A DNA stretch of 64,000 nucleotides from an uncultured Candidatus Saccharibacteria bacterium (GTDB lineage: Bacteria; Patescibacteriota; Doudnabacteria; UBA920). Position 1 is the stretch's first letter. Every line of letters starts with the position of its first letter. Location of the stretch: assembly GCA_964521955.1 (NCBI GenBank), contig CAZFTX010000005.1, forward strand, positions 804 through 64,803. The letters run 5' to 3'. This document shows positions 10,221 to 20,584 of the stretch, piece after piece. Both the position numbers and the translations under genes were made by a program. Below the pieces are notes generated by a model. That model did not search any database and was not told where the DNA came from. It saw nothing but the letters and a program-made list of their open reading frames with translations.

Positions 10221-10436
10221 ATGAAGAAGTTGTTCGCGTTGGGAGTAATAGTGGCGTTTCTGCTTTTGTACTATGGGGTGGCAATGCCATGGTTAATGCA
10301 CCTGGACGACGCTCCCCAGTTTGGGGAGTTGCATAAGGTCGCGAACTTTTGGGGGACGGTCATGCTAAGCCTTCTCCCGCTATTGGGAGCGTTGGCGGTG
10401 GTTGCCTGTCGGAAGTTTTACAGGCCAGTGAAGTAA
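10221..10436 (+). CDS. Small two-TM membrane protein (GC-rich orphan)
   Basis: AAGGAGG SD, TTGACA-17-TAAAAT promoter upstream, terminator-like hairpin near 10470-10510. Confidence 0.65.
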   Translation: MKKLFALGVIVAFLLLYYGVAMPWLMHLDDAPQFGELHKVANFWGTVMLSLLPLLGALAVVACRKFYRPVK

Positions 10437-10577
10437 ACCACTCGTTCCCGCTGACCCAATTTGGCAAGTACCGGACAACACGCAAGTTCAAGCGGCTGTC
10501 CGGTTTTTTTATGTTAAGTTGTTGAATATGAATAAAAAAGGTATATAATTGAAATATAAATTAACGAAAGGGGTTTT

Positions 10578-10802
10578 ATGTGGGAAGGTTATCAAGCGTT
10601 GCCGTTGAATCCGCAAACAACCGTCCTGCTAGGTATCCTGGTTATTTGGAGCCTAGTTTGGAAAGGGATTGCTTTGTGGCGAGCGGCACGCAACGGCCAT
10701 AAGGCTTTCTACGTTATAATACTAATTGTAAATACAGTTGGTATTCTAGAAATAATTTACCTTTTAACCAAAGGTAAAAAACAATCTTCAGACATGGTCT
10801 GA
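10578..10802 (+). CDS. DUF5652 family small membrane protein
   Basis: WSLVWKGIALWRAARN..NTVGILEIIYL. Confidence 0.85.
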   Translation: MWEGYQALPLNPQTTVLLGILVIWSLVWKGIALWRAARNGHKAFYVIILIVNTVGILEIIYLLTKGKKQSSDMV

Positions 10803-10898
10803 GTTAGAAGTGTTGTTGGTTAAAAAAATACTCTATGCTTAAAAAGCGGAGTATTTTTTTAACTTGAAAAACAGCCTAAACTGGAACATACTATAAAT

Positions 10899-12005
10899 AT
10901 GAATTTTTTTAAGGTTTTGTATAAATATGTTTTTAAGCCTGTGGCGTTTAGGTTTGACCCGGAGTTAGTTCATGATTTAGTTGTAAGTTTAGGTGTGCGT
11001 TTAGGTAAACATAAGCTTACGAAAAAGACGGTGAGCTGGCTTTTTAAATATTCTTCGCCAGTTTTACAGCAGACATTGTTAGGTATTTCTTTTCCAAACC
11101 CAATTGGCTTAGCCGCAGGGTTTGACAAAAACGCCCAGCTGATAGAAATTTTGCCCGAAGTGGGTTTTGGCTTTGCAGAGTTAGGTTCTGTTACTGGTGA
11201 ATTTTGTGTAGGTAATCCCAAACCTAGACTTTGGCGTTTGCCTAAGTCAAAATCTTTACTGGTATATTATGGTTTAAAGAATGACGGTGCGGAAAAAATT
11301 GCCGTAAGAATAAAAGAACAGCTTGCAAGTAAGCAAGCTAAAATTCCTTTTGGAATTAGCGTGGCTAAAACCAATTCGCCAAGTACAGTTAGTTTGGTTG
11401 GTGGAATAAATGATTACATTAAAGCTTTTCGCAGCTTTGTAGAAATTGGCAGTTTTACAACCGTGAACATAAGTTGTCCAAATGCTTTTGGAGGACAGCC
11501 TTTTACAGAACCTGATATGTTGGAAGCCTTGCTTTTAAAGCTTGAAGAAATTCCCACAACAAAACCTACTTTTGTGAAATTTTCACCGGACTTGGATTTT
11601 AAAAAAATTGACGAACTTTTGGAAGTAATTGGACGGCATAAAATTCAAGGTATAATTTGCTCCAATTTAACAAAGAACAGAAATAACAAAAATATTTTGG
11701 AAACCAGTCCGTCCCAGCATGGCGGGTTTAGCGGTAAAGTTGTGGAAAGTTTGGCAAATGAACTGGTGGCATACGTTTACAAAAAAACTAAAGGCAAATA
11801 TGTGGTAGTGGGGTGTGGTGGGGTATTTTCTGCCGAAGATGCTTATAAAAAAATTAGACTAGGTGCTTCTTTAATACAGTTAATTACAGGTATGGTTTAC
11901 GAAGGTCCTCAAGTGGTAGGGGAAATAAATGCCGGTTTGGTAAAACTTTTGTTGAGAGATGGTTTTAAAAATATTTCAGAAGCAGTGGGTGTAGACAGTA
12001 GGTAA
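10899..12005 (+). CDS. pyrD: Quinone-dependent dihydroorotate dehydrogenase
   Basis: NPIGLAAGFDKN, GNPKPRLWRL, NISCPN, GGFSG, GCGG. Confidence 0.95.
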   Translation: MNFFKVLYKYVFKPVAFRFDPELVHDLVVSLGVRLGKHKLTKKTVSWLFKYSSPVLQQTLLGISFPNPIGLAAGFDKNAQLIEILPEVGFGFAELGSVTGEFCVGNPKPRLWRLPKSKSLLVYYGLKNDGAEKIAVRIKEQLASKQAKIPFGISVAKTNSPSTVSLVGGINDYIKAFRSFVEIGSFTTVNISCPNAFGGQPFTEPDMLEALLLKLEEIPTTKPTFVKFSPDLDFKKIDELLEVIGRHKIQGIICSNLTKNRNNKNILETSPSQHGGFSGKVVESLANELVAYVYKKTKGKYVVVGCGGVFSAEDAYKKIRLGASLIQLITGMVYEGPQVVGEINAGLVKLLLRDGFKNISEAVGVDSR

Positions 12006-12040
12006 AATTTGTTCTTTGGCCATGGTATAATACACTTTGT

Positions 12041-12913
12041 ATGGATATGAAAAAACCAAGTATAGATGGAATAAAAAAACCGCATATAAAAAAGACTTTT
12101 TTGGTTAAAAAACCACAAAAGTTTTTAAAAAAGCTGAGCATGGACGGTATTGGCAGATCCGTGAATTTGGCTAAGGCCAAAACAGTTTTAAAGAAAAAAA
12201 CTATAGTTAAAAGTGTTGTCCAGTCGGCAAAAATTAAGTTAAGTTGGAAGCAGTCTTTTAAACGCTTGCCGGTGGCAGTTACTGCCGTTTTAATGTTTGT
12301 TGCATTTAGTTTTGGTGTTTGGATAACAGTACAAACACCGAAGAGCGAGGCTCAGAGTAAAGAAGTTGTAACCCAAAGTCCGGCAGCGGGTATTGTGCCT
12401 TTACCAAGCGAACCGCCAGTAACTTTGGGTCCTATTGCTAGTGTGCCAAACGACGTACTATTTAACCTTTCTTTGGAACAGTTAGAAGCTTACCTTGTTA
12501 GTATTTCCAAAACTCCCGAAATGAAAGAAGCGGAAAGGTTGGCTGATAGAAAAAAGAAACTTAAAGAATATTTAGCTGAAAAGAAATCTCCTTTTGTGGC
12601 AATTGTCGATACCATAGCAGAGCTCAAACATTGGAAAATGGTTTTAGCCATTTCTAATTCAGAAAGTACTTTAGGTAAAAGATGTCATAGCAATAATTGC
12701 AGCGGTATTGGGGTGGAGCCTGGGCATCCCTTATGGCGGGAGTACCCCTCTACTAGGGAGTGGGCAAAGGACTTAGACAAGCTTTTAGAAAGACGTTACA
12801 AGGACTGGACTTTGGAAAAAATGAACGGTGTTTACAATCAGCCAGGTAGCAGTAATTGGCTCTTGGCTTCCAAGCAAATATTGGAAGAATTGCAGGAAAG
12901 AGATATAGAGTAG
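12041..12913 (+). CDS. Membrane-anchored protein with C-terminal glucosaminidase/lysozyme-like domain
   Basis: Lys-rich N-terminus, one TM, AISNSESTLGK..NNCSGIG..YN. Confidence 0.55.
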   Translation: MDMKKPSIDGIKKPHIKKTFLVKKPQKFLKKLSMDGIGRSVNLAKAKTVLKKKTIVKSVVQSAKIKLSWKQSFKRLPVAVTAVLMFVAFSFGVWITVQTPKSEAQSKEVVTQSPAAGIVPLPSEPPVTLGPIASVPNDVLFNLSLEQLEAYLVSISKTPEMKEAERLADRKKKLKEYLAEKKSPFVAIVDTIAELKHWKMVLAISNSESTLGKRCHSNNCSGIGVEPGHPLWREYPSTREWAKDLDKLLERRYKDWTLEKMNGVYNQPGSSNWLLASKQILEELQERDIE

Positions 12914-13017
12914 CAAATGAACAAAAATGACCATAAATGATCAAGAATGACAAAAATTAATGCAGTTTAAATTTTGATTAATCATTAAATTTTTATTTAA
13001 TCCTGGACAATTATTTT

Positions 13018-14073
13018 ATGAAAAATATTTTGAAATTAGTTGGTGTTGGAGGACTTTTAGCGATTTTGTTTTTTTCAACTCAAAGTTTTAGCCAAAATGT
13101 AAAACTTAATCCAATTTTACCTGGAGTTAAAAGTTCGGGAACAATAACAGACGAACAGCAAGGAATTTTAGCTGTCCGTAAAATTAAGCCTTCGGTTGTA
13201 AATATTGTGGGGGAAAAAACCGGACCTTTTGCCGAGAGTACTATTTTTGGTACCGGATTTGTTTATACTAGTGATGGTTATATTATTTCTAACAATCACG
13301 TGGTTTCGGATTCTGAGAAAAAATATTATGTAGTTTTTGCCGATGGTAGTGAGTATGATGCCAGGGTTGTGGGTTTGGACAAGTTTAACGACGTAGCATT
13401 AATTAAAATAGAAAAGAAAGGCCTTACACCAGCAGTTTTAGGCAACTCAGATATTTTAGAAACCGGACAAACTGTTTTTGCCGTTGGAAATTCTTTGGGT
13501 AAGTATCAAAATACAGTTTCAAAAGGTGTAGTTTCCGGTTTAGACAGGGCTTTGGAAGTTGGGACCAGTTATGACCCCAAGCCGAGAATGTTAAATTTAA
13601 TACAGACAGACGCAGCAATTAACCCGGGTAATTCCGGCGGGCCCTTAATTAACATGGCAGGGGAAGTAGTGGGTATGAATACGCTCATTGACCAAGAGGG
13701 TAGGGGCTTGGGTTTTGCAGTGCCAGTAACGATTATTAAACAGAGCGTTGAACAGCTTAAAGCTTTTGGTAAAGCTTCCCGAGCTTACATGGGAGTGCAA
13801 TATGTAACTGTTAATAAAAGCATTCAGGCTTTACGTAGCTTAAGCACAAGTGACGGAGCATTTATTTCTTTTGTTGCACCAAACGCGCCTGCGAGTTTAG
13901 CCGGAATACAGCCGGGCGACGTTATTGTTGAAATTAACAGAGAAAAACTTACACAGCAAAGAGAATTAGATACCATAGTTTCAAAGTTTAAAGCCGGGGA
14001 CCAAATACTTATAGCATTAATGCGGAGTACGGAGAAAATAGAAACAACAGTAATTTTAGTTGAATACAAATAG
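13018..14073 (+). CDS. htrA: HtrA/DegP family serine protease with PDZ domain
   Basis: GTGF, NNHVV, DVALIK, IQTDAAINPGNSGGPL, PDZ GIQPGDVI. Confidence 0.93.
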   Translation: MKNILKLVGVGGLLAILFFSTQSFSQNVKLNPILPGVKSSGTITDEQQGILAVRKIKPSVVNIVGEKTGPFAESTIFGTGFVYTSDGYIISNNHVVSDSEKKYYVVFADGSEYDARVVGLDKFNDVALIKIEKKGLTPAVLGNSDILETGQTVFAVGNSLGKYQNTVSKGVVSGLDRALEVGTSYDPKPRMLNLIQTDAAINPGNSGGPLINMAGEVVGMNTLIDQEGRGLGFAVPVTIIKQSVEQLKAFGKASRAYMGVQYVTVNKSIQALRSLSTSDGAFISFVAPNAPASLAGIQPGDVIVEINREKLTQQRELDTIVSKFKAGDQILIALMRSTEKIETTVILVEYK

Positions 14074-14259
14074 TAGAATTTATGCACCGTAGTTTTAGTC
14101 ACGGGCAAAGCCCGATGTCAAAAAACTACTCTGACCAATTTTCACTAAGTGACCTCTTCGGGGCTTTGTTAAAATATTCCGGTTTTTCTCACCGTACTAT
14201 AGTACGCCTCGAAACATCCTCATATTTTGCCTCGAATTTGGTGCAATGCTTAAATTCTA
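14074..14259. mobile_element. TA-flanked MITE-like palindromic element, copy A
   Basis: Ends TAGAATTTATGCA..TGCTTAAATTCTA; body nearly identical to 19439-19625. Confidence 0.75.
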
Positions 14260-14375
14260 TTCGGGGTTTATAAAATTATATTTAAAGAGAAAACCGGCGC
14301 ATCTGTAGCAGATGGCCGGTTTTCGTTTCAGGAGTCAGCGCGAGCAAATATGACTGAGTTTGTATGATGGCGAAA

Positions 14376-14648
14376 TTAGTGAAGCTCGCTGTCCGTTCCT
14401 GATTTGCTGGCCACAATAACTGCTAGAAGCAGTAAAGCGGCCGTGACTGTAACAATGGATGCATGTTCGACTACGCGAACAAGTTCAGTAGCTTGCGCTA
14501 CCAAAACTAGCATGCTCACTGCCCTGGAAGCTAAGGTTAGCCTTCCGGTTTTCTGTAGTACTTTGTGGTTAGTAGCCTTGGTGGCTTTAAAACTCACAAA
14601 CAGAATCCCGAAAGCCACAGCTCCCAAGAAAATCAGGAACAGGTTCAT
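14376..14648 (-). CDS. Small three-TM membrane protein (orphan)
   Basis: 90-aa hydrophobic ORF, AAGGAG SD, terminator hairpin 14289-14324. Confidence 0.65.
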   Translation of the reverse strand: MNLFLIFLGAVAFGILFVSFKATKATNHKVLQKTGRLTLASRAVSMLVLVAQATELVRVVEHASIVTVTAALLLLAVIVASKSGTDSELH

Positions 14649-14714
14649 ATGACTCCTTTCTTCGCGCTTTTGTGAGGCGCAAAGAGGTATGAGAACCCCC
14701 TGTTAATTGTAAAG

Positions 14715-14882
14715 TTCAGTATTTAGTACCGCTACTTTTAGGTCTGGCAAAGCCAGCCCCCAAAAGTAGCTTTGGCCAATTTCTTTGTTAAAATGCTTTC
14801 GTTGATTCTCACCGTAGATCCACTACGGCTCGAATCATCCGCGCATTTTGTCGCGAACTTGGCTCAATGCCTAAATCCTGAA
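14715..14882. mobile_element. Diverged MITE-like element, copy C
   Basis: Shares GGCAAAGCC hairpin, CCAATTT..TTTGTTAAAAT, TTCTCACCGTA..TACG, GAACTTGG..CAATGC with copies A and B. Confidence 0.65.
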
Positions 14883-15012
14883 AATACGTTCCGCTATTCG
14901 GCGGAAGAAGCGAGTCCCTTTAATCGACATCGTCAACGCGGGGGACCTTGCAGTTTAATTAAATTTCTATGGGTTGTCAAACGCCCGTTTTAAGTGTTAA
15001 AATCTATTTAAT

Positions 15013-15948
15013 ATGTCTAAACAAAATGTGAGAAAAGTTATTATTATTGGTAGTGGTCCGGCAGGTTTAACCGCTGCTCTTTATGCAGCTCGCGCAGAGT
15101 TAAAACCTTTAGTTTTAGCAGGGCTTAACCCGGGTGGACAGCTTATGCAAACTACAGAGGTGGAAAATTTTCCCGGTTTCCCTCAAGGAATTATGGGTCC
15201 TGACTTAATGCAAAATATGATTAAGCAGGTTGAAAGGTTTGGTACGGAAATTTTAGCGGAAAATGTTGTAAAAGTAGACTTTGTAAATAGGCCATTTACC
15301 GTAACAACTGAAAAAGGTGAGTACAAGTGTGAGTCTGTAATTATTGCTACAGGCGCTGAGGCAAACTGGTTAGGTTTGCCAAATGAACAAAAACTTCGCG
15401 GTAAAGGGGTTTCTGCTTGTGCTACATGTGACGGGTTTTTCTTTAAAGGTAAGGACTTGGCTGTTATTGGCGGAGGAGACTCTGCAATGGAAGAAGCAAT
15501 GTTTTTAACTAAGTTTGCAAACAAGGTTACCGTGGTGCACAGAAGACACGAATTTAAAGCTTCTAAAATCATGTTAACTAAAGCTAAAGCCAATTCTAAA
15601 ATAGATTTTGTAACTAATGTTTTTGTGGTAGACGTGCTTGGAGAAACTGCTGTCTCGGGTTTAAAAATAAAAGACAATGAAACAGGACAAGAAAGAGACC
15701 TAGCTGTTCAAGGTGTGTTTTTGGCTATTGGTCACACCCCTGCCAGCAAGATTTTTAAAGAAGTGGGTTTGGAAACTGATGAGCGGGGTTATATGAAAGT
15801 TACTAACTATACCCATACTAGTATTCCGGGTGTTTTTGTTGCGGGCGACGTTTACGACTCTCGGTATCGTCAGGCGGTTTCAGCTGCCGGTTTGGGGTGC
15901 ATGGCTGCCTTAGACGCGGAAAAGTACCTGGCTTCACTGGAAGGATAA
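15013..15948 (+). CDS. trxB: Thioredoxin-disulfide reductase
   Basis: GSGPAG, GVSACATCDG, GGGDSA, GVFVAGDV. Confidence 0.97.
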   Translation: MSKQNVRKVIIIGSGPAGLTAALYAARAELKPLVLAGLNPGGQLMQTTEVENFPGFPQGIMGPDLMQNMIKQVERFGTEILAENVVKVDFVNRPFTVTTEKGEYKCESVIIATGAEANWLGLPNEQKLRGKGVSACATCDGFFFKGKDLAVIGGGDSAMEEAMFLTKFANKVTVVHRRHEFKASKIMLTKAKANSKIDFVTNVFVVDVLGETAVSGLKIKDNETGQERDLAVQGVFLAIGHTPASKIFKEVGLETDERGYMKVTNYTHTSIPGVFVAGDVYDSRYRQAVSAAGLGCMAALDAEKYLASLEG

Positions 15949-15950
15949 AA

Positions 15951-16400
15951 ATGAATAAAGAATTAGGAATTAAAATAACCGGTAAGGTTGTTAAGGGCAT
16001 GGGGTATGGAAAAATTTTAGGTTTTCCAACGGCAAATTTAGACCGCAGGGGTTACGTTTTAAAAAAATTAAAAGTTAAGCTTGGCATCTGGTCTGGTGAA
16101 GCAGTAATTTTACCACCCCGCCGCAAGCGGCCCTCCCCTCCTAAATTAGGAGGGGAAAGAAGGAAGGTCTATCAGGCAGCGATAGTTATTGGTCCTTTGG
16201 ACAAAAACAACCTGCCTAAAATAGAAGCGCATTTAATAGGGTTTAAAGGCAATTTATACGGAAAAAAAGTTGAATTGGTTTTAAAAAAATATTTACGCCC
16301 GTTTAAGAAGTTTAAAAATGTTGAAGATTTAAAAAAACAAATTATGTTAGATATAAAACAAATTAACCCCCGTTCGACCTGGTTTCGTCCGGGCAGGTAA
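15951..16400 (+). CDS. Stand-alone riboflavin kinase domain (RibF C-terminal)
   Basis: GKVVKG..GKILGFPTANL, IEAHLIGFKGNLYG, LR..KKF; ATG just after trxB stop. Confidence 0.88.
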   Translation: MNKELGIKITGKVVKGMGYGKILGFPTANLDRRGYVLKKLKVKLGIWSGEAVILPPRRKRPSPPKLGGERRKVYQAAIVIGPLDKNNLPKIEAHLIGFKGNLYGKKVELVLKKYLRPFKKFKNVEDLKKQIMLDIKQINPRSTWFRPGR

Positions 16401-16431
16401 TTATTCTAAAAAGAATTAAGAAATAAAATAT

Positions 16432-17355
16432 ATGAAGCGCTTGGGACCTTACCTTATTTTTTTAGCCGCAATGCTTTGGGCAACTGACGCCCCCTTTAGA
16501 GTTCATTTAACCAAAGACTTAAACAGCAGCTTTATTGTTTTAGTGGAGCATTTTTTTGACGTTTTGGTAGTCTTGCCTATTTTACTATTTAATTTAAAAA
16601 CTCTTAAAACTTTTAAACTTAAGCAGTGGTTGGCGGTTTTGTTTATTGCTGTTGGCGGTTCGGCCCTAGCCAGCATAGCTTTTACCCAAAGTTTTAGTTT
16701 TGTAAATCCTTCGGTAGCAATTCTGTTGCAGAAACTTCAGCCTTTAATTGCAATTGGTTTAGCTTCTACTTTGTTGGGTGAGAGAGCAGGGAAACATTTT
16801 TGGATTTTTGCAGGCCTTGCTATGGCTGGGGCTTACCTAATTTCGTTTCCGGGACTTAAGCCTGAAATTTTTCCGGGCGAACAGTTTAACCCCAACCTTT
16901 GGGGTGTAGGCTTAGCTTTAGTTGCAGCGGTTTTGTGGGGAGCCTCTACGGTTTTGGGTCGTTACATGCTTTCAAAAGTGGATTTTAAAGTTATGACAAC
17001 TTTAAGGTTTTCCTTAGCTTTTGTGTTTTTGTTGCTACTTAACCTTTACAACAAAACCATTCCAGAACTTTCGAGCGTCTCAGGTAAGGACTGGTTTTAT
17101 CTATTTATAATTGCCGTAACTTCAGGTGTGGTTTCTTTATTTATCTATTACAAAGGTTTGGCTTTTACAAAAGCTTCCATTGCCACTTTAGCAGAACTTG
17201 GCTTTCCCATGGCCGCAGTTTTAGTGAACTGGATATTTATTCCGGGCTCAGCTTTGGTTAAAGTTCAAATTTTAGGCATGGCAATTTTACTTTTGGCAGT
17301 ATTCAACTTAAGTCGGGAAAACAACAACACCCCGGATGAACTGAGATTACCATAA
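16432..17355 (+). CDS. DMT/EamA family transporter
   Basis: About ten TM segments in two EamA repeats; LLQKLQPL, LAELGFP. Confidence 0.88.
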   Translation: MKRLGPYLIFLAAMLWATDAPFRVHLTKDLNSSFIVLVEHFFDVLVVLPILLFNLKTLKTFKLKQWLAVLFIAVGGSALASIAFTQSFSFVNPSVAILLQKLQPLIAIGLASTLLGERAGKHFWIFAGLAMAGAYLISFPGLKPEIFPGEQFNPNLWGVGLALVAAVLWGASTVLGRYMLSKVDFKVMTTLRFSLAFVFLLLLNLYNKTIPELSSVSGKDWFYLFIIAVTSGVVSLFIYYKGLAFTKASIATLAELGFPMAAVLVNWIFIPGSALVKVQILGMAILLLAVFNLSRENNNTPDELRLP

Positions 17356-17521
17356 AAATTAATTTACATGAGATTTCTGTGAATTAATGATTTAGTGATT
17401 GAGAAATCCAAAAATCAATGAATCAATATAATCAGAAAATTATATTGGTGGGTTTGACAATGACCGTAAAAGAGGGATAAAATGTAATGTTGATACACTT
17501 TTAAACATTAAATTTACAAAT

Positions 17522-19441
17522 ATGAAATATATAAAAACAGGCCTTTTATTTGGACTTTTTGTAGTAGTTGGTGTTTTAAGTCAAACTGATCAGGCACAAG
17601 CGCAATATTATGGGGGATACGATTATAACTATAACTATTACAATAACTATAATTACGGTAGAACCCCCAGTTTAAGCGTTGTTCGTGAAAACAATTTTGA
17701 CAGTTATAACGTTACGGTTTCAAATGCAGACATTAACTCAAGAGTGGTTTTGTATGCCCGTTTGCAAGGTAGTACTTTATGGTCCACTACAATTGACCCA
17801 ATTGGTTATACTGACCAGTCTGGTTATTTAAGAACGACTGTTTCAAATTTAGGTTTAAATAACAACAATGTAGAATTTAAGATTTCGGTAAATGGTACAG
17901 AGTCAACGGTTGTAAGTTCAGGCAATTACGGTGGGTGTAATTATAATTGCGGAAGCCCAACAGGTTTGTCTTTAAGCCAAAATACTTTAACTCTTGCTGT
18001 TGGTCAGACACAAACAGTTACAATCAATAATAACTATAATTACAACTATAATAATAACTTTTATATTGCTTCCAATTCAAACTCTTCAGTAGTTTCAGCA
18101 AATGTGTCCGGGAGCCAAATAAATTTGTATGGGTTAACAAATGGTAACAGCACAATTTCTGTGTGTGTCAGTGGTAATATTTATTTAAACCAAGGCTGTG
18201 CCACTTTGTATGTTACTGTTTCGGGTGGTGTTGTAGTTGGAAATATTACTTTCAGTCAAAATAATATAAATTTAAGCGTCAATCAAAATACTAACGTAAG
18301 CATTTACCATAGTGTTTTCGGTGATGGTGCGTTTTATATATCTTCAAATTCCAACTATCAAGTTGTAGAAGCAAGTATTTCCGGGAGTACTCTATATTTA
18401 ACCGGTAAGTCGCAAGGTTCTGCTACTTTGAGTGTGTGTAAATATAACACTGTTGCTTGCGGACAACTTTATGTCATGGTCAATAGTAGTGGTAGCGGAA
18501 ATTATGGTTATTTAACTTTTTCACCAAGTAACCCTACTGTTTCAGTAGGTCAGACGCAAACGGTGACAATCTATAATAACAATAACTATTACAATAACAG
18601 CTATTATATTTCTAATAACACCAGCCAAGCAGCCGTCACCGCTTCGGTTTCCGGCAATATTTTGAGCCTTTACGGTTTAAATGCTGGCAATGCTAATATT
18701 ACAGTTTGTCAAACTTCAGGGAATATGAATTGTTCAGTCATTTACGTTACAGTGACAGGCAGTGGACAAGGCTACGGCAGTTTGTATTTTTCAACTACTT
18801 ACTTACCTCAACCGTCAATTGGACAGTATTACAGTCAGCAGTTAGTTGTAAGTGGTGGCAATTCTCCTTATAGCTATACTTTAACCAGTGGTAGTTTGCC
18901 TCCAGGTTTGTATCTTTCAACTTCAGGACAAATATACGGTACACCTCAAAGTAACGTTTTTTCCACTTTCTCAGTCAGGGTTTCAGACATTTACGGACGT
19001 AGTGCTACTCAAACTTTACTTCTAAATCCAATAGGAGGCAGTGGTGTTTTGGGTAGTAGTACATATCGTAACGGACAGTTAATTTCTGAAAATGGTACGG
19101 TCTATATAGTTTATAAAAACACTAAAACCGGATTTATTTCCGCGTATGTATTTAACGGTTTGGGCTATAGTTTCAACCAAGTGGTAAATGTTGGTTATAC
19201 AGGTTTGTTGGACAGTGGTTATACAGTTTCTTCTAAAGACGCTTCTCATCCTTGGGGCGCTTGGATTAAAAGCGGACACACTGTTTACTTTGTCCATGAA
19301 CTTGGACTTATTCCCGTTCCATCTTATGACGTATTTTTAAACAACAATGGTCAGGATAACTTGGTTGTTTCTGCAAATTCTTACGACTTTGTAAGACCAA
19401 TGCTTTCTCCTATGGTGTATAACGATTCTCGACTTAGGTAA
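17522..19441 (+). CDS. Secreted Asn/Tyr/Ser-rich surface protein with repeated Ig-like domains
   Basis: Signal peptide; three ~90-aa repeats each with a Cys pair; GGNSPYSYTLTSGSLPPGL putative Ig motif; GVLG motif. Confidence 0.8.
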   Translation: MKYIKTGLLFGLFVVVGVLSQTDQAQAQYYGGYDYNYNYYNNYNYGRTPSLSVVRENNFDSYNVTVSNADINSRVVLYARLQGSTLWSTTIDPIGYTDQSGYLRTTVSNLGLNNNNVEFKISVNGTESTVVSSGNYGGCNYNCGSPTGLSLSQNTLTLAVGQTQTVTINNNYNYNYNNNFYIASNSNSSVVSANVSGSQINLYGLTNGNSTISVCVSGNIYLNQGCATLYVTVSGGVVVGNITFSQNNINLSVNQNTNVSIYHSVFGDGAFYISSNSNYQVVEASISGSTLYLTGKSQGSATLSVCKYNTVACGQLYVMVNSSGSGNYGYLTFSPSNPTVSVGQTQTVTIYNNNNYYNNSYYISNNTSQAAVTASVSGNILSLYGLNAGNANITVCQTSGNMNCSVIYVTVTGSGQGYGSLYFSTTYLPQPSIGQYYSQQLVVSGGNSPYSYTLTSGSLPPGLYLSTSGQIYGTPQSNVFSTFSVRVSDIYGRSATQTLLLNPIGGSGVLGSSTYRNGQLISENGTVYIVYKNTKTGFISAYVFNGLGYSFNQVVNVGYTGLLDSGYTVSSKDASHPWGAWIKSGHTVYFVHELGLIPVPSYDVFLNNNGQDNLVVSANSYDFVRPMLSPMVYNDSRLR

Positions 19442-19625
19442 AACTTAAGCATCACTATTTTTCTGGCCTGGCAGAGCCAGAGCCTAAAAAATAGCTTTGA
19501 CCAATTTTCACTAAGTGACCCCTTCGGGGCTTTGTTAAAATATTCCGGTCTTTCTCACCGTACTAAAGTACGCCTCAAAATATCCTCATATTTTGCCTCG
19601 AACTTGGTTCAATGCTTAAGCTTTA
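19439..19625. mobile_element. TA-flanked MITE-like palindromic element, copy B
   Basis: Ends TAAAACTTAAGCA..TGCTTAAGCTTTA; left TA is part of the upstream stop codon. Confidence 0.75.
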
Positions 19626-19692
19626 CGTGTTAATGTAAATGAGTTAAAACCCCACCCTGTACAGGGTGGGGCGGGATTGTTAAAATATATAA

Positions 19693-20493
19693 ATGCAAAT
19701 AAAACTGGTTCAGTTAAACATTTGGGCAGGGGAGCTTTTAGACAATTCAACAGCTTGGCTTAAAGAACAAGATCCGGACATTCTGTGTTTACAAGAAGTA
19801 TACAACGAAACCAATGAAAGTTTTCCGGAAAAGTTTCGTCTTCTTTCAAAAGTACAGAAAGAATTAGGAATGCCTTTTGTAAGTTTTGCGCCGGCCATGG
19901 AATATGTAACTTTAGAAGGCAAGTTTGTTCAGGGTAATGCCATACTTTCAAAATTTCCCATCGCTTCTTTTAAGGCGCATTTTTTTGACGTGCCTTTTAA
20001 AGAATTTAAAAAAACTGACAACCCTGAGTATACACCCAGAAACGTACAAGAAGCACAAATAGACTTAAAGGGGAAAGTCTTAAATGTCTTTAATTTACAC
20101 GGTATTTGGGGTAAGCACGGGGACGACACAGAAAGGCGCTTGTCCATGGTAGAAAAGATTTTAATGCTTATGAAAGACAAAACACCAAGTGTTTTGTGTG
20201 GGGATTTTAACGTTAACGAAAGAGTTTTGCTAAATCCGGAAAGTTTTGAAACTGAAGGATATAGGTGGAAAAAGACCCAAGCCATTCAAAATTTAGAAAA
20301 ACATTTGGTTAATGTTTTTAGAGAAGAAAGAACCAGTTCTTTTAATTTATTGCATAAGGCTACCAACACAGGTTACGCTTTCGCGGTGGTGGATATGGTT
20401 TTTGTAAGCCCGGATTTAAAAGTTGTGTCCCACGCATGTCCCGATGTAAATGTCTCGGACCATTTACCCACAGTGGTTATATTTGAAATATAA
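19693..20493 (+). CDS. Endonuclease/exonuclease/phosphatase family protein
   Basis: LNI, DILCLQEV, GNAILSK, GDFN, SDHLP. Confidence 0.92.
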   Translation: MQIKLVQLNIWAGELLDNSTAWLKEQDPDILCLQEVYNETNESFPEKFRLLSKVQKELGMPFVSFAPAMEYVTLEGKFVQGNAILSKFPIASFKAHFFDVPFKEFKKTDNPEYTPRNVQEAQIDLKGKVLNVFNLHGIWGKHGDDTERRLSMVEKILMLMKDKTPSVLCGDFNVNERVLLNPESFETEGYRWKKTQAIQNLEKHLVNVFREERTSSFNLLHKATNTGYAFAVVDMVFVSPDLKVVSHACPDVNVSDHLPTVVIFEI

Positions 20494-20551
20494 TAAATTC
20501 TTTATAAACAGTATTAGTTTAGGGTACTTAGTATAATTAGAATAAGTTCAA

Positions 20552-20584
20552 TTAAAAAAATCCCCAAAAAGGGGATTTTTTTAA
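20552..20584. terminator. Bidirectional intrinsic terminator
   Basis: AAAAAAATCCCC-AAAAA-GGGGATTTTTTT between convergent genes. Confidence 0.7.

Noticed and set aside
14740-14770. GGCAAAGCC as part of a c-di-GMP-I riboswitch
   Set aside because: It lies within the MITE copies and the rest of the two-stem architecture is missing
17600-18620. AACTAT-type microsatellite-like tracts
   Set aside because: They encode Asn/Tyr-rich linkers of the surface protein; no sign of a separate element
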